Assembly (NCBI GenBank): GCA_002269645.1
Contig: NIVC01001302.1
Coordinates: 62,001-126,000, forward strand
From: Macrostomum lignano
Taxonomy: Eukaryota
Reading direction: 5' to 3'
DNA: 64,000 nucleotides
In this document: positions 25,342-37,699 of the stretch, in pieces
Layout: every line of letters starts with the position of its first letter
How positions within the stretch are numbered: the first letter of the stretch is position 1
Position numbers and translations under genes: made by a program
Notes under the pieces: model-generated
The model's database searches: none
What the model saw: only the letters and a program-made list of their open reading frames with translations
What the model was told of the DNA's origin: nothing

Positions 25342-27294
25342 TCCTAGGCTGCACCGAAGCATGTGTATGAAATAATTAAAGTTTATTAAAAAAAACTGGC
25401 ACCCTAGCATGCTATAGGCCTATGATATTATTTGACTTATTTAGAAGTAGATATTTTAAATGACATAAACTGTTATTTATTTTCTCCTTAAAAAACTTGG
25501 AAGATATAGCTGTTGACTATAAGGCAGAGTTTAATATATAATCCTTAAACATATTGATTGATTATATCTAAAAGTTCAAATCCAAAAGTTAATGTTGATA
25601 TACCAAAATACCAGTGTTTTGGTACTAATCCATTAATAGGAATTTATCCTTTAGTAAGCAATAAGATTTTTCATTATCAATCATTAATAATTTGCATTAA
25701 TTAATCTATTTGCCTAATTAAGTGCTTAATTAATCTCTTTGTTTCTGATGTTGACCTTGCAAATGTATTAATTACTTTTTTATAAGCCTAATATTTATTT
25801 AATATTCTTATTTACAAAGTCTATTTAAAAAAGTGTGAAATTCCTACATATTATATGTTAACATCAACAGATAAATGCTTATTAATAATTATATTAAGTT
25901 ACTTAACAAAAAAAAGAGTTCAAACAAGGTTAGACAAGGTTAAATTAATGGCAAGGCAATGCTTTTGCCATTAATAAAGGTAAGATTTTCACCAATGATG
26001 CCCAACACTTCACAATACACACTGACAGAAACCTAAAACATAATATTTGACTATAGATATAGATAGATATAATTGTTAACTAATACTTATTAGAATTTAA
26101 TCTAATCTATGATGATTAGTATACAAAACCTACCATTATTTTGTGTTTCATCATTCCATAGCAAGCAAAAGTGCAACACAGACAGCAGCTTGGCTTAGGC
26201 CAGACTCAGCAGGCTCTGTTTGGCCTGCCAGTGCTGCAACTGCAACATGAGCAACGCTTGGGCCGCTTGACTCGATTCAGCCAAACTGGCCGCGTACTCA
26301 TGCTGCTGCTTACCTGCGGTGTGAATTTCCGGACAGAAGTTCGCCGCCTAATTAGCACAGTTGTGTCAGTTGGCAAACACCTGGCTGCATCGCCTGGGTC
26401 GCCTCCAGCCTGTCTGACCCCAGACTGCGCAGCCGAAGTGATGGCTAATTACTCGGCAATGAGTATTGGTCAGAAGGCCACGGTCAGGCAGTGCTTGCCC
26501 ACTAAATCTGCAGTTCGAGCCATCGATCTCTGCAATTTGAGCATTGAGCACGCAGGACCGCACTCGTCTAATAGTTTCTTGCTGCGCTGTGTTCGAGTTG
26601 GCGTCTCTATGCGAATATTTGGTTGCTACGGGGTGCCTAAGGATCAATTAAAACTGTCCGACTTGAGATTTATTAGCGGCCAGAAGCGAACAAACACCGT
26701 GTCACCTGACGTGGCCTCGTCTGCTTTTGTTTGGTCAGTTAGGGCTAGCAGAGTCTTTGTGTTCAACGGGCTCAGCCAGTGCGGACCGGAGCGAGTCTTT
26801 GTTGATTCTGATGGCAGTAAGCTGAGGTGCACAGACTGGAGCATTTCTCATTTGAATTTCATGCTCAGAGCTGACTCGCAGTATGTGTAACAATAGTGCC
26901 TCATTGCGTGTTTTCTTACTTATTGTGAGTAGTAAATCGTTGTCATTCTGTACTGCTTGTGAACTTGTTAGATTTAGGAAAATACATTATTTATTAGTAA
27001 TACTATTGCCTTTAGTGTGTCGTTTGTTAAATCTTTTACTTTTTATTATTTATATACTTAGCCACACCCATGAGGGCCAACCCCCAAATCTCAGGAGTCA
27101 TCGGAATGGGCAGAGTTGCCGTCAGTGCTGGTTGTGGTTGTGTTTTATTATTAATATGTACCTGTGCTTTAGACAGGTACAGAAATTAACCTTCAAACAA
27201 AGTCCTTATATTACATTCGAGTTCATTTGTGTATTTGTACATTTATGCCTGAATTCTCCTTGTCTACCTATTTGTCCGCGGCTGTATGTGTCTG

Positions 27295-27322
27295 ATTTTA
27301 TGTCTGTGTGTCTGTCTGTGTG

Positions 27323-27355
<33 letters not shown>

Positions 27356-27358
27356 GGC

Positions 27359-27397
<39 letters not shown>

Positions 27398-27408
27398 GTG
27401 TCTGTCTC

Positions 27409-27441
<33 letters not shown>

Positions 27442-27452
27442 GTGTCTGTCTC

Positions 27453-27489
<37 letters not shown>

Positions 27490-27490
27490 G

Positions 27491-27545
<55 letters not shown>

Positions 27546-27602
27546 GTGTCTGTCTCTCTGTCTGTCTGTCTGTCTGTGTGTCTGTCTGTGTGTCTGTCTG
27601 TG

Positions 27603-27661
<59 letters not shown>

Positions 27662-27696
27662 GTGTCTGTCTGTCTGTCTGTCTGTGTGTCTGTCTC

Positions 27697-27729
<33 letters not shown>

Positions 27730-27740
27730 GTGTCTGTCTC

Positions 27741-27789
<49 letters not shown>

Positions 27790-27836
27790 GTGTCTGTCTG
27801 TGTGTCTGTCTGTCTGTCTGTCTGTGTGTCTGTCTC

Positions 27837-27869
<33 letters not shown>

Positions 27870-27880
27870 GTGTCTGTCTC

Positions 27881-27917
<37 letters not shown>

Positions 27918-27964
27918 GTGTCTGTCTGTGTGTCTGTCTCTCTGTCTGTCTGTGTGTCTGTCTC

Positions 27965-28013
<49 letters not shown>

Positions 28014-28014
28014 G

Positions 28015-28049
<35 letters not shown>

Positions 28050-28366
28050 GTGTCTGTCTGTCTGTCTGTCTGTCTGTGTGTGTGTCTGTCTGTCTGTCTG
28101 TTTGTGTCTGTCTGTCTGTCTGTCTGTCTGTGTGTCTGTCTGTGTGTGTGTGTGTGTGTCTGTCTGTCTGTCTGTCTTTGTGTCTGTCTGTCTGTGTGTC
28201 TGTCTGTCTTTCTGTCTGTGTGTGTGTCTGTCTGTCTGTCTTTCTGTCTGTCTGTCTGTCTGTCTGTCTGTGTGTCTGTCTCTCTGTCTGTCTGTCTTTG
28301 TGTCTGTCTCTCTGTCTTTCTGTCTGTCTGTGTGTGTGTGTGTGTGTGTCTGTCTGTCTGTCTTTG

Positions 28367-28405
<39 letters not shown>

Positions 28406-28469
28406 GTGTGTCTGTCTCTCTGTCTGTCTGTCTGTCTGTCTGTTCTCTGTCTGTCTTTGAATGTCTAGA

Positions 28470-28503
<34 letters not shown>

Positions 28504-28640
28504 AGTCTTAGTGCCTGTCTTTCTCTCTGTCTGTCTCTGTGTCTGTCTGCCTGTCTCTGTCTGTCTTCGAATGTCTAGATCTGTCTGTCTGTCTTTGAAT
28601 GTCTATCTGCCTATCCGTCTCTGCCCTACTTCCTGTCTGT
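27295..28640 (+). repeat. (TCTG)n/(TG)n compound microsatellite
   Basis: Seen directly; ORFs of 386-525 aa here are artefacts. Confidence 0.97.
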
Positions 28641-29254
28641 CAAGTCGGTCTCTGTTAATTTATTTGTCTGTCCCGCTTTTTTGTTACAAATCATTAGTTG
28701 CATAAATGTTCTTAAAACACTACTGTTAGTAGAGAAGCAGAGTATTCAAGATTCTATTCTATTCTCTACTGTTCTGTTCAGTTCTATTCAAGACTCGTGT
28801 TGTTTTGCAGGATCGCAGTGAGCTTTACTATCGTTACTATTAGTAACAATGCAAGTTTCGTCCCATGCCAGATCCGATAATTAGCAGCAGAGAAATTCGC
28901 CTTTCGCCGTCCTCAGTAGAGGCTTGTCAGCGTCAGGGTTTCTGGTTTTTATAAAGAAAAAAGCAAAAGAACTCCCAAGACTGGACATTAAAGTTGTGTA
29001 AAAAGTGGCGAACTGCATTTAAACGAAGATCGAGCCAGCCAAGTAATAGACTCAACGAAATTGGCAACAAAATTGATCGGTTGGGTGAGTTCTGCAATGA
29101 TTTTGGATGTTTTGTGTGTTTATATTCTTTTTCTACTACTGTCAGTAGCCTGAGAGGTTTATGTTCGGTTTGCAAAAACATTTGAAATTTTTTAAGCTGG
29201 CTCGATTTTTATGTATAAGTAGTATATAATTTTACTAAAGTACCGGAAGGATTT

Positions 29255-29925
<671 letters not shown>

Positions 29926-30689
29926 AGTTTAGTTTATATCTGTTTAGTGACATTCTGTCCGTTTATCCTACATTCTCTGTTAATTCAATCTATATTAGCA
30001 ATAATCGTATTAGCTTGTTTGCCTTTTTATGGGTCCAGTTGTTTTATGCTATTTCCAGTTACTAACAATCAACACAGTGCTAATATCTGTACCTATGCTA
30101 TCAGATCAAGCACGAACGCGGCCTTTATATCTAGTCATTATGAGCTTATCATTAGAGCCAGCGTGGGCGCAGGTCAAACTGGGGCAACCTCGTCTCTCCT
30201 CTCCTTATGACCAGTTTTTTTCTTTTTGCCGCATTTTGCTTCTTACCCTATGCAATTTCCTAGTCTACAGCCTGCCCTGCGGATATCTAAGGTGTAGTTT
30301 AGTATGGGATATTATTCCTATTTGCTTCCTATCCCTACTGGATCAGCGGGGCTCGGATATCAGCCGTGCGCATTTCCTACACATCATCAGCCTTTTTAAG
30401 TCCTCGACCGTGCGCGCATGGTCGTATGGTTAGTACTGCCGATCTAGATATCCATTACCAACCAGTTCGTGTAGTTCTGCCTGTGCAGCGCTGCATGTGT
30501 AGGTTAAGGCATTTTCTGTTCGGCTTGGGACGATGTGACTCACGCCCTGCTTTTGGCATGCAAGAGAGAGAGTGAAAAAGTTCTTTTCTACTGATATGCG
30601 CGTGTTGGTGGGATCTGCTGGTTGTCTGATGGGGATTATTGTTTAGGAGGATTTCACTACACCCCCTGATAATCCGATTTCGACACTGC

Positions 30690-31390
30690 AAAATCCTCAG
30701 TTGCTGGGCTGCCCTACCGGATGCTCAGTTGCTGGTCCAGCCTCCCAGATCCTCAGTTGCTGGGCCAGCCTCCCAGATCCTCAGTTGCTGGGCCAGCCTC
30801 CCAGATCCTCAGTTGCTGGGCCAGCCTCCCACACCCTCAGTTGCTGGGCCAGCCTCCCACACCCTCAGTTGCTGGGCCAGCCTCCCACACCCTCAGTTGC
30901 TGGGCCAGCCTCCCAGATTCTCAGTTGCTGTGCCAGCCTCCCAGATCCTCAGTTTCTGGGCCAGCCTCCCAGATTCTCAGTTGCTGGGCCAGCCTCCCAG
31001 ATTCTCAGTTGCTGGGCCAGCCTCCCAGAGTGTCAGTTGCTGGGCCAGCCTCCCAGACCCTCAGTTGCTGGGCCAGCCTCCCACACCCTCAGTTGCTGGG
31101 CCAGCCTCCCACACCCTCAGTTGCTGGGCCAGCCTCCCAGAGTGTCAGTTGCTGGGCCAGCCTCCCAGACCCTCAGTTGCTGGGCCAGCCTCCCACACCC
31201 TCAGTTGCTGGGCCAGCCTCCCAGATTCTCAGTTGCTGGGCCAGCCTCTCAGATCCTCAGTTGCTGTGCCAGCCTCCCAGATCCTCAGTTGCTGGGCCAG
31301 CCTCCCACACCCTCAGTTGCTGGGCCAGCCTCCCAGATTCTCAGTTGCTGGGCCAGCCTCCCAGATTCTCAGTTGCTGGGCCAGCCTCCC
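30690..31390 (+). repeat. 28-bp minisatellite (cctcagttgctgggccagcctcccagat)n
   Basis: About 25 units. The same family occurs at 41040-41330, and one inverted monomer lies at about 36158-36190. Confidence 0.95.
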
Positions 31391-34300
31391 TGATTGTCAG
31401 TCCCTTCGTCTTGACTTGACTTACTTGACTTAGCTGCAGGGCTGTCCCGGAGGGGACACAGCGGGAAGGCGCGGGCGCCCATTCCGCTAGTCCCTGAACG
31501 GCCGACGCGTCGCTATGGACGGAGGGTTGGCGCCGCCCAGGGAGGTCCCCAGTGTCGCCAGCAGCTATGGTGCTCTCTGGAAAGGAGAGTTCAGCCCTGC
31601 GGGTGGCCCGAAGGTAGCGCATGAGCTGATTAAAGTTTTCGGGTTTGCACGCTTCAGTAATAGATGTGTGTGGCCCGAGGTAAGTGAGTCTGGCCCGCGT
31701 GAAGGCGGGACAGATGCTGACGAAATGCTCAGCGGTTTCGTCACCTGAGTTGCAGAAACTACAGGTGGCGTTGGTGGCGTTGCCCTGCAGGTACTGGTGC
31801 CTGGAGAAGCAGCCGTGACCAGAGAGGGTCATGGTGGCAGCCCGGATGTCTCTGCGCGAGAGGCGCAAGAGGAGCTTCCGGAGCTGGTGAGAGGGCTGAG
31901 GGACAGCGCCTCTGGATTGCCTGCAGTTCGTGCGGTTCGCCCAAGTCGAGCGGTGCTGAGTCCTGATCCACGCTTTGATGCGCGAGTCGATGACACAGCC
32001 AGGAATCGGGACAAGAGGTTCGGGGCCGAGAGAGGAGCCGGAGGCACCAACTTTTACAAGGGTGTCAGCCAACTCATTTCCTCGGATCCCCACATGCCCC
32101 GGAACCCACTTAAGGGTAATTTTGTTGGTGGAACCCAACACATTGAGGAGTTTGATACAGTCAAGGACTGTAGCAGAGTTGGTGCTGCAGCCACTGATGG
32201 CGTGCAAGGCAGCTTGGCTGTCCGAATGGAAAATGATGTTCTTACCAGTAACGCCAGTGGCGAGAAGCTCTGCAGTGCAGGAGCTGATGGCCAGAACTTC
32301 ATTTTGGAAAACACTGGAGTTGACCCCAGTGTATTGAGCGTGGGTAGCGATGACCCTCCCGTTCAGAAAGATTCCAACACCAAAGCCGGTGTTGGCTGAC
32401 TGCTTAGAACCGTCGGTGTAGCAATGAAGCTCACCAGGGTTCCAATGGTCATTGATGTTATCGCGCGAGTCGATAGCTACGGAGTAGCGCTGTCTCAGGT
32501 TGAGCGTTGAGGCAATGCCATCGGTGAAGACGCGATTGGCCTGACACTCGTTGAGAAAGTTGAGGCACAGATCGCTATGCGGGACAAGGTTCCGCTTAGC
32601 AGGTGCTCTCATGTAAATGAATTTGACGCCGGCATCAATTAGACGCCGCGTCGTTCTAGCCGCCTCACCCCTGATGAAGAGGTCAAGAGGCGGAAGATTA
32701 AGAAAGGCCCCCATGCCAGCAAAGGGCGTGGACCTGGTGGCGTTGCAGATGAGCCTACACGCTCTGCCTTGGATCGTGTTGAGCAGGTCTGCATGGCTTT
32801 TGACCTGGGTAGCGCTAACCCAGACAACAGAGGCGTACGTAATGGCAGGTCTAACTACGGAAGTATAGATCCACCAAAGCCGCTTTGGGGATAGACCCCA
32901 AGAAGTGCCAAGTGCTCGTCGGAGCTGGGCCAGGATGGCTGAGGCACGCTTAGCTTTTGCTTTCACGTGGAAGGACCAGTTGAGCCGGTGGTCAAGTGTG
33001 ACCCCGAGACATCTGGTCTGGTGCGCGAAGGCAATATCTCTGCCGTAGAGCTGCAGAGGACGTATGTTCCAGCGTAGTCTGCTGGTAAACATAATGGCAA
33101 CGGTTTTGGGCTCAGAGAGTTCCAAACCATTGTCATTGGCCCAGTATTCTGCTTTGCGGATAAAGCTCTGCATCAGATCCCTGAGCGTGCTGGGAGACGG
33201 TCCTGCCACAATGGCCGTGACGTCATCAGCATACCCGACTTTGAAGACGGGGTCAGGTCGGGAGTCACTCAGAAGAGCGTCCATGACCAGGTTCCAGAGC
33301 GTCGGGGTGAGGACTCCGCCTTGGGGTCCACCCTTACAGACTCTGGTGGAGGCAGTTTGCCCAAGAAGTTGGGCAGTGACCGTACGGTTGGAGATCATGT
33401 ACATGATCCACCGTATGAGGGTAGCATGAGCTTTGCGATTTTGAAGGGCCCTCTGAAACGCTTCAAAGATAACGTTGTCGAAGGCGCCAACAATGTCAAG
33501 AAAGAGAGCCAGGGCGTAACCGTCACCCAGTACCGCCCGTTCAATCTTTTCGACAATCGCATGCAGGGCGCTGTCAGTCGACCTCCCGGTACGGAAGGCG
33601 TGCTGATTATTGCTGAGGGGCATCGCTGTCAGCTCGCAGGAGAGCAGCCGCCAGAGAATAAGCCTCTCAGTGAGCTTAAGCATTGCTGACGTTAAGCTAA
33701 TTGGCCGGAAGGCCTTGACGCTTTGGTAGTCACCCTTCCCAGGTTTGGGAATAAAGACTACTCGAGCTTCAGTCCAGCTTTTGGGAACGTATCCCAGCTG
33801 GATAGAGGCCCGCATAAGATTGCGGGTGAGTCTCAGGAACGAGGGTATCTTGGCTGCTTCACGAAGGAGAACAGGGTAGATACCATCAGGTCCAGGAGAT
33901 TTGAAGGGTTTGAAGGTTCTGACCGCACGAGCGATTAGGTCTTCAGTGACAATGCCCGCCGCTAGGGTGGCTCCATCCATCGAATGGTTGGGCTCCGGTC
34001 TAGCAGTAGGTACCCTCGGGAAGAATGTGCTAAGCATATGCTGAAGCACTTCTTCAGGGTCTTTAGTAAGAGAGCCATCATCTTTTTTGATCATGGCTAA
34101 TTTGGACATTTTGTCCATTGTAAGGGCCTTGACAAGCCTAGAAGTAGGTCTGTCTTGATCCAATTCATTGCAGAATTGGCGCCACTTACATTCCTTGGCC
34201 TTGCGCACTTCAGATTTGAAATTGCGGGAGGCTTGCCGGAAAGCTCCATGTCCTCCGGGTTTCCGGTCTTCATGGCACGGCGATGAAGGCTTTTGGCCTT

Positions 34301-34400
34301 CCGCCTGAGTTTCCCCAGCTCCGGGTTCCACCACGGCGCCGAGGTCTTGCCTCTGTAGGCGCGAGCAGGACAAGCCGCTTCGTAGGCTGCAATAATGCAA
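31341..34400 (-). CDS. LINE ORF2: reverse transcriptase, RNase H and zinc knuckle portion
   Basis: KSPGPDGI, FRPISL, QHAFRTGRST, LDIVGAFD, QGGVLTP, YADD; RNase H YTDGS/FQNEV/HSDSQ/WVPGHVGIRGNELAD; CSFCNSGDETAEHFVSIC. The true frame begins near 34240, after the frameshift. Confidence 0.92.
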   Translation of the reverse strand: MHYCSLRSGLSCSRLQRQDLGAVVEPGAGETQAEGQKPSSPCHEDRKPGGHGAFRQASRNFKSEVRKAKECKWRQFCNELDQDRPTSRLVKALTMDKMSKLAMIKKDDGSLTKDPEEVLQHMLSTFFPRVPTARPEPNHSMDGATLAAGIVTEDLIARAVRTFKPFKSPGPDGIYPVLLREAAKIPSFLRLTRNLMRASIQLGYVPKSWTEARVVFIPKPGKGDYQSVKAFRPISLTSAMLKLTERLILWRLLSCELTAMPLSNNQHAFRTGRSTDSALHAIVEKIERAVLGDGYALALFLDIVGAFDNVIFEAFQRALQNRKAHATLIRWIMYMISNRTVTAQLLGQTASTRVCKGGPQGGVLTPTLWNLVMDALLSDSRPDPVFKVGYADDVTAIVAGPSPSTLRDLMQSFIRKAEYWANDNGLELSEPKTVAIMFTSRLRWNIRPLQLYGRDIAFAHQTRCLGVTLDHRLNWSFHVKAKAKRASAILAQLRRALGTSWGLSPKRLWWIYTSVVRPAITYASVVWVSATQVKSHADLLNTIQGRACRLICNATRSTPFAGMGAFLNLPPLDLFIRGEAARTTRRLIDAGVKFIYMRAPAKRNLVPHSDLCLNFLNECQANRVFTDGIASTLNLRQRYSVAIDSRDNINDHWNPGELHCYTDGSKQSANTGFGVGIFLNGRVIATHAQYTGVNSSVFQNEVLAISSCTAELLATGVTGKNIIFHSDSQAALHAISGCSTNSATVLDCIKLLNVLGSTNKITLKWVPGHVGIRGNELADTLVKVGASGSSLGPEPLVPIPGCVIDSRIKAWIRTQHRSTWANRTNCRQSRGAVPQPSHQLRKLLLRLSRRDIRAATMTLSGHGCFSRHQYLQGNATNATCSFCNSGDETAEHFVSICPAFTRARLTYLGPHTSITEACKPENFNQLMRYLRATRRAELSFPESTIAAGDTGDLPGRRQPSVHSDASAVQGLAEWAPAPSRCVPSGTALQLSQVSQVKTKGLTIREAGPATENLGGWPSN

Positions 34401-35251
34401 CCTGTCAGCGTCTCAGCCATATGATCCACATCCTCGCAGGTCTCAATCGGACGTAAGTCCGTGAGTTCCTGCAGGTGCAGATCAAGGGCAGCCTTGTAGG
34501 CCGCCCAATCAGTGTTGCGGATATTGCGTCTCCAAGTGATCGGAGACTGGGTTTTAGTGTCCGCGATATTAAAGGCGATAAAGCAGTGGTCAGACAGGGA
34601 GGGCTCCTCAGACCAGACTCTCCACTCCTTGACTCTGTCAAAGAGTCTTGGGGTAACGAGTGTGGCGTCGAGGACCTCGGTCCATCTGCCATTATTAAAG
34701 GTAGGAGTGCTGCCGCGGTTGCAGAGCATGAGGTTTGTGTTAGAGATGAGGGCCAGAAGCTCCTCTCCTCTAGTGTTGGTATCTTTGCTGCCCCAGTGCT
34801 TGTGGTGCGCGTTGAGGTCGCCCCCTAAGCACAGCTCAGCGTTCTGGGGCTCGCAGTACTGCGCAAGGCGCAGTAAACTCTCGGGAGCAGGGTCTCTGTC
34901 GCCTGGCATATAAACCGAGGCAACAAGACACGTACGCGGAGAGAAATGATTAGATTGGATGACGCAAAGGTCTCCATCAGAGAGATCAGTCCTCAGCCAA
35001 GCCTGGAGATGGCTAGCAGCGAGGATAGCCGCTCTAGGGCGGCTGTTCCCCGGGCCACACACATAAAAATCAGAGTAGCCAGAGGGAATGTTGGGCAACT
35101 TACCGTTGCGCATCCAGGGTTCCTGGATCAGGATGAGGCCTGGCCTGTACAGCTCAGCAATCTTCATCAGATTTACTGACGCAGATACGCAATGCTGTAA
35201 ATTAATTTGCAGACAGAATGTCGCTCCTTTGGCAGCGTGGAGCTTAGTCAT
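34097..35251 (-). CDS. LINE ORF2: APE endonuclease portion (joins the RT frame across a 1-bp deletion at about 34240)
   Basis: ATG at 35251; motifs LQINL, IQEPW, SVYMP, GDLNAHH, LDATL, SDH and APWWN. Confidence 0.9.
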   Translation of the reverse strand: MTKLHAAKGATFCLQINLQHCVSASVNLMKIAELYRPGLILIQEPWMRNGKLPNIPSGYSDFYVCGPGNSRPRAAILAASHLQAWLRTDLSDGDLCVIQSNHFSPRTCLVASVYMPGDRDPAPESLLRLAQYCEPQNAELCLGGDLNAHHKHWGSKDTNTRGEELLALISNTNLMLCNRGSTPTFNNGRWTEVLDATLVTPRLFDRVKEWRVWSEEPSLSDHCFIAFNIADTKTQSPITWRRNIRNTDWAAYKAALDLHLQELTDLRPIETCEDVDHMAETLTGCIIAAYEAACPARAYRGKTSAPWWNPELGKLRRKAKSLHRRAMKTGNPEDMELSGKPPAISNLKCARPRNVSGANSAMNWIKTDLLLGLSRPLQWTKCPN

Positions 35252-35290
35252 ACTGTATTAAATGCAATATCTGGCTAGAGCCCAGGGCCA

Positions 35291-35876
35291 TCAAGGAGAC
35301 TTGGACAACAGATCGTCCTCGTCCCAGGCCGCAGGGGCTTGACTGGGAGATGGGAGTTGGTCGACGTCCATGGCCTCCTCACCCCCACCGGCCCCCCCAG
35401 CAGAGTCCTCAGGCTCCGATGACAGGATGGAGGAAGCTTCCTCACCTGCATCTTTACCTTCAGACCCCACCAAGGTGGCCGAGGAGAGCTCGGATTCCGA
35501 AGACCCGGCCTCGTCCTCAACTCCTTCTCCGACTGGCAGGTTTGGTTCCCGGGGCTTGGCCGGAGCCGTTACCGCGGTCGCCGAACTGCTGCTAGCAGAG
35601 GGGCGAGACGCAGCTCCGGCTTTGGGATCGGCTTGCGCCTTTCCTTGGGCCTTAGACTGCGCCCCGCTCTTGCCGGAGATGCCGGGGTTGGTAGTAGCCT
35701 TCCCTTTGGCAGACTTTCCTCGGCGCAACTTGAGCTTGAGGGCACCCAGCTGGAAAGAGGATCCATTAGGGTACCGACTCGCCCAAGTGCTGGAAAGGCC
35801 GAGGACAATTGAGTTGCCCGTCTCCCCCCTGCGGACTTTACGGTGATACACCAGTCCACTAGCAGGGAGGTCGGGG
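35291..35876 (-). CDS. LINE ORF1 C-terminal part (DUF4780-like, inferred)
   Basis: PDLPASGLVYHRK..IVLGL..FQLGALKLKL followed by a K/A/S/E-rich tail; lies just upstream of ORF2. Confidence 0.6.
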
Positions 35877-37087
35877 AGTCCCTTCGTCACCGCCACCCAC
35901 ATAAGCTCCGCACATTGCAGCAAAAGTTAAACACCGCAAAATTTACTCTGAAAACATATCCGAGCAGAGCGAGTTAAGTTTTTTTCTAAAAGGTAGTAAC
36001 AATTTCTCGGCAGCTTTTTTGAACTCGTTAGTAGGCAACCATGTGTGCAGGTGCGCAATAATCCATTTTAATGCGTTTAGTTTCGGTTGAACACTTGTTG
36101 CCCGATTTATCTTTATCTGAGAAATCTTATTAGTTCTTAAATCTTGAAAATATTGAGGGTCTGGGAGGCTGGCCCAGCAACTGAGGATTCGGGCGGCTAG
36201 GCAGTAGTGGCCCAGTGTGAGCTTTCATTTGTATTTAAATTTTATATATAATTTAGTAGTTTAGTAATAATAGCGGATTAGATATGCCGCAAATACGCAA
36301 GCGTCGCAAGCTAGTATAGAAGCTGAGCAAGCAAAGCGAGAAAGTCGTGGATCCGTTGGTTTTCTATATGCGTCATGCAACTTTCGTTTCGTTTCTTAGA
36401 AATATGTTTTTTGGCCGCACTATGGTTTGAATGCGAAGCATCTTATTGTTTGCAAATAAATCAGTGCCAGTTTCAGGCAAGGCTCTTCTGTAAGCTTGGC
36501 TTGTTAATAGTGCTAACATGCATAGCTAGTTATCTGGTTTGAGCCAGCAAAAAAAGGCTTAACAGAATTGGAAGATATGAAGATGACTGGGCTAATTTAC
36601 ACAAGATTTTGTCCTCTTACTGGGCCTCAATGAAAGTTGACTGTCTCTGCTCTATATAGATAGAAAGTTAATAATGCAAAAGAGAAAATAAAGCAGAGGC
36701 CTGAAACATATTGCGTATATATCGTTTATACAGAGTGTGGCCGCCCCTTGCGTGTGGGCGTTCAGGGCTTGTATTAATTTCATTCCGTGCTACAACAGGC
36801 TCTGTCTTCTCGAAGCGCAGTCAGCTGTTTGACTGAATCTTTTGCCACTTCACTTCTGGGTTTTTTGTCTTCCATTTTCTCTCTAGTTGGCTAAACAATA
36901 AAACGGAGAGTTGGTAATTGAAATTGGAACGGAGAGGCAGCGAGGCAAACGAACTTGACTTGGCGTGAATACGTTTCTGCATGCATGAGTCATCGAGCAC
37001 TGGAATAATGCTTCGGCTTGTTCAAGGAGATTTAGAAACTTGAGTCTGGAGTGTCAACTCCTCACTGACAGGACTAGTTAAAATATA

Positions 37088-37699
37088 GCTTTTTGCAGCC
37101 CATTTGGCCACAATTATAGTCCCTATGGATTGTAGACCATATGCTAGGCTGTTGAACGAATGCCATTGGCTTGTGATCGAAGCACTCGACAGAGGTGAAC
37201 ACCCAAAGGACATTGCAAGGCTGCTGAATGTAAAAGAAAAGATGCGGCATCCATCAGCGCGTTGAAACTCTGCCGGCAGAGATTGCCTGCGAAAGGGTGG
37301 CAATCGCCAAGGCAAGATGCTCGTGAGCCTCAGATCCAACTGCTAATCGATGCAGTTGAAACGAACCCTTTGTTGATATTGCAGAAAATGCAGCAGAAGT
37401 TGAAGGAACAATTCAAATTAGTTATCAGATTTCGACTATCAGCAGAGCGCTGGAAAAGCGACTGAAAATTGCTGGTAGAGACGCTGACATTCCAGCGGTG
37501 CGCAACAACCTGCAGACGGTTGAGAGAAGGCAAGAGTTTGTCCAATGACTCACGAGCATTTGGACCAAATCGATGCTTGTTGAACCAAATCAAATGCCGC
37601 TGTGCCAGCCTTGCTACCATAGACAAAAGCTCCGTTGCATTGGCAAACGTATCCTGGATTAAATTCAATGCGCGTAGGCCCAAATAGGCTGCCAAAAGC
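37088..37699 (+). mobile_element. internally deleted Tc1/IS630-like DNA transposon
   Basis: Imperfect TIRs gctttttgcagcccatttg / caaataggctgccaaaagc flanked by TA. Frameshifted transposase N-terminus from ATG 37125: IEALDRGEHPKDIARLLNV, GGNRQGK, LIDAVETNP, STISRAL, RNN..TVERRQEFVQ. Confidence 0.75.

Larger units (their letters stand above)
31411..35876 (-). mobile_element. Loa/R1-group non-LTR retrotransposon, 5'-truncated within ORF1
   Basis: ORF1 C-terminus plus APE, RT, RNase H and CCHC domains. (AAGTC)n-like 3' tail at 31411-31433. Direct repeat AGTCCCTTCGTC at 31399-31410 and 35877-35888 is a candidate 12-bp TSD. Confidence 0.9.

Noticed and set aside
26883-28578. Very long ORFs (386-525 aa; similar ones at 1110-2194)
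   Set aside because: They are translations of (TCTG)n, which lacks stop codons; there is no sign of coding.
31515-33938. Plus-strand ORFs overlapping the LINE
   Set aside because: They are antisense shadows of the GC-rich ORF2.
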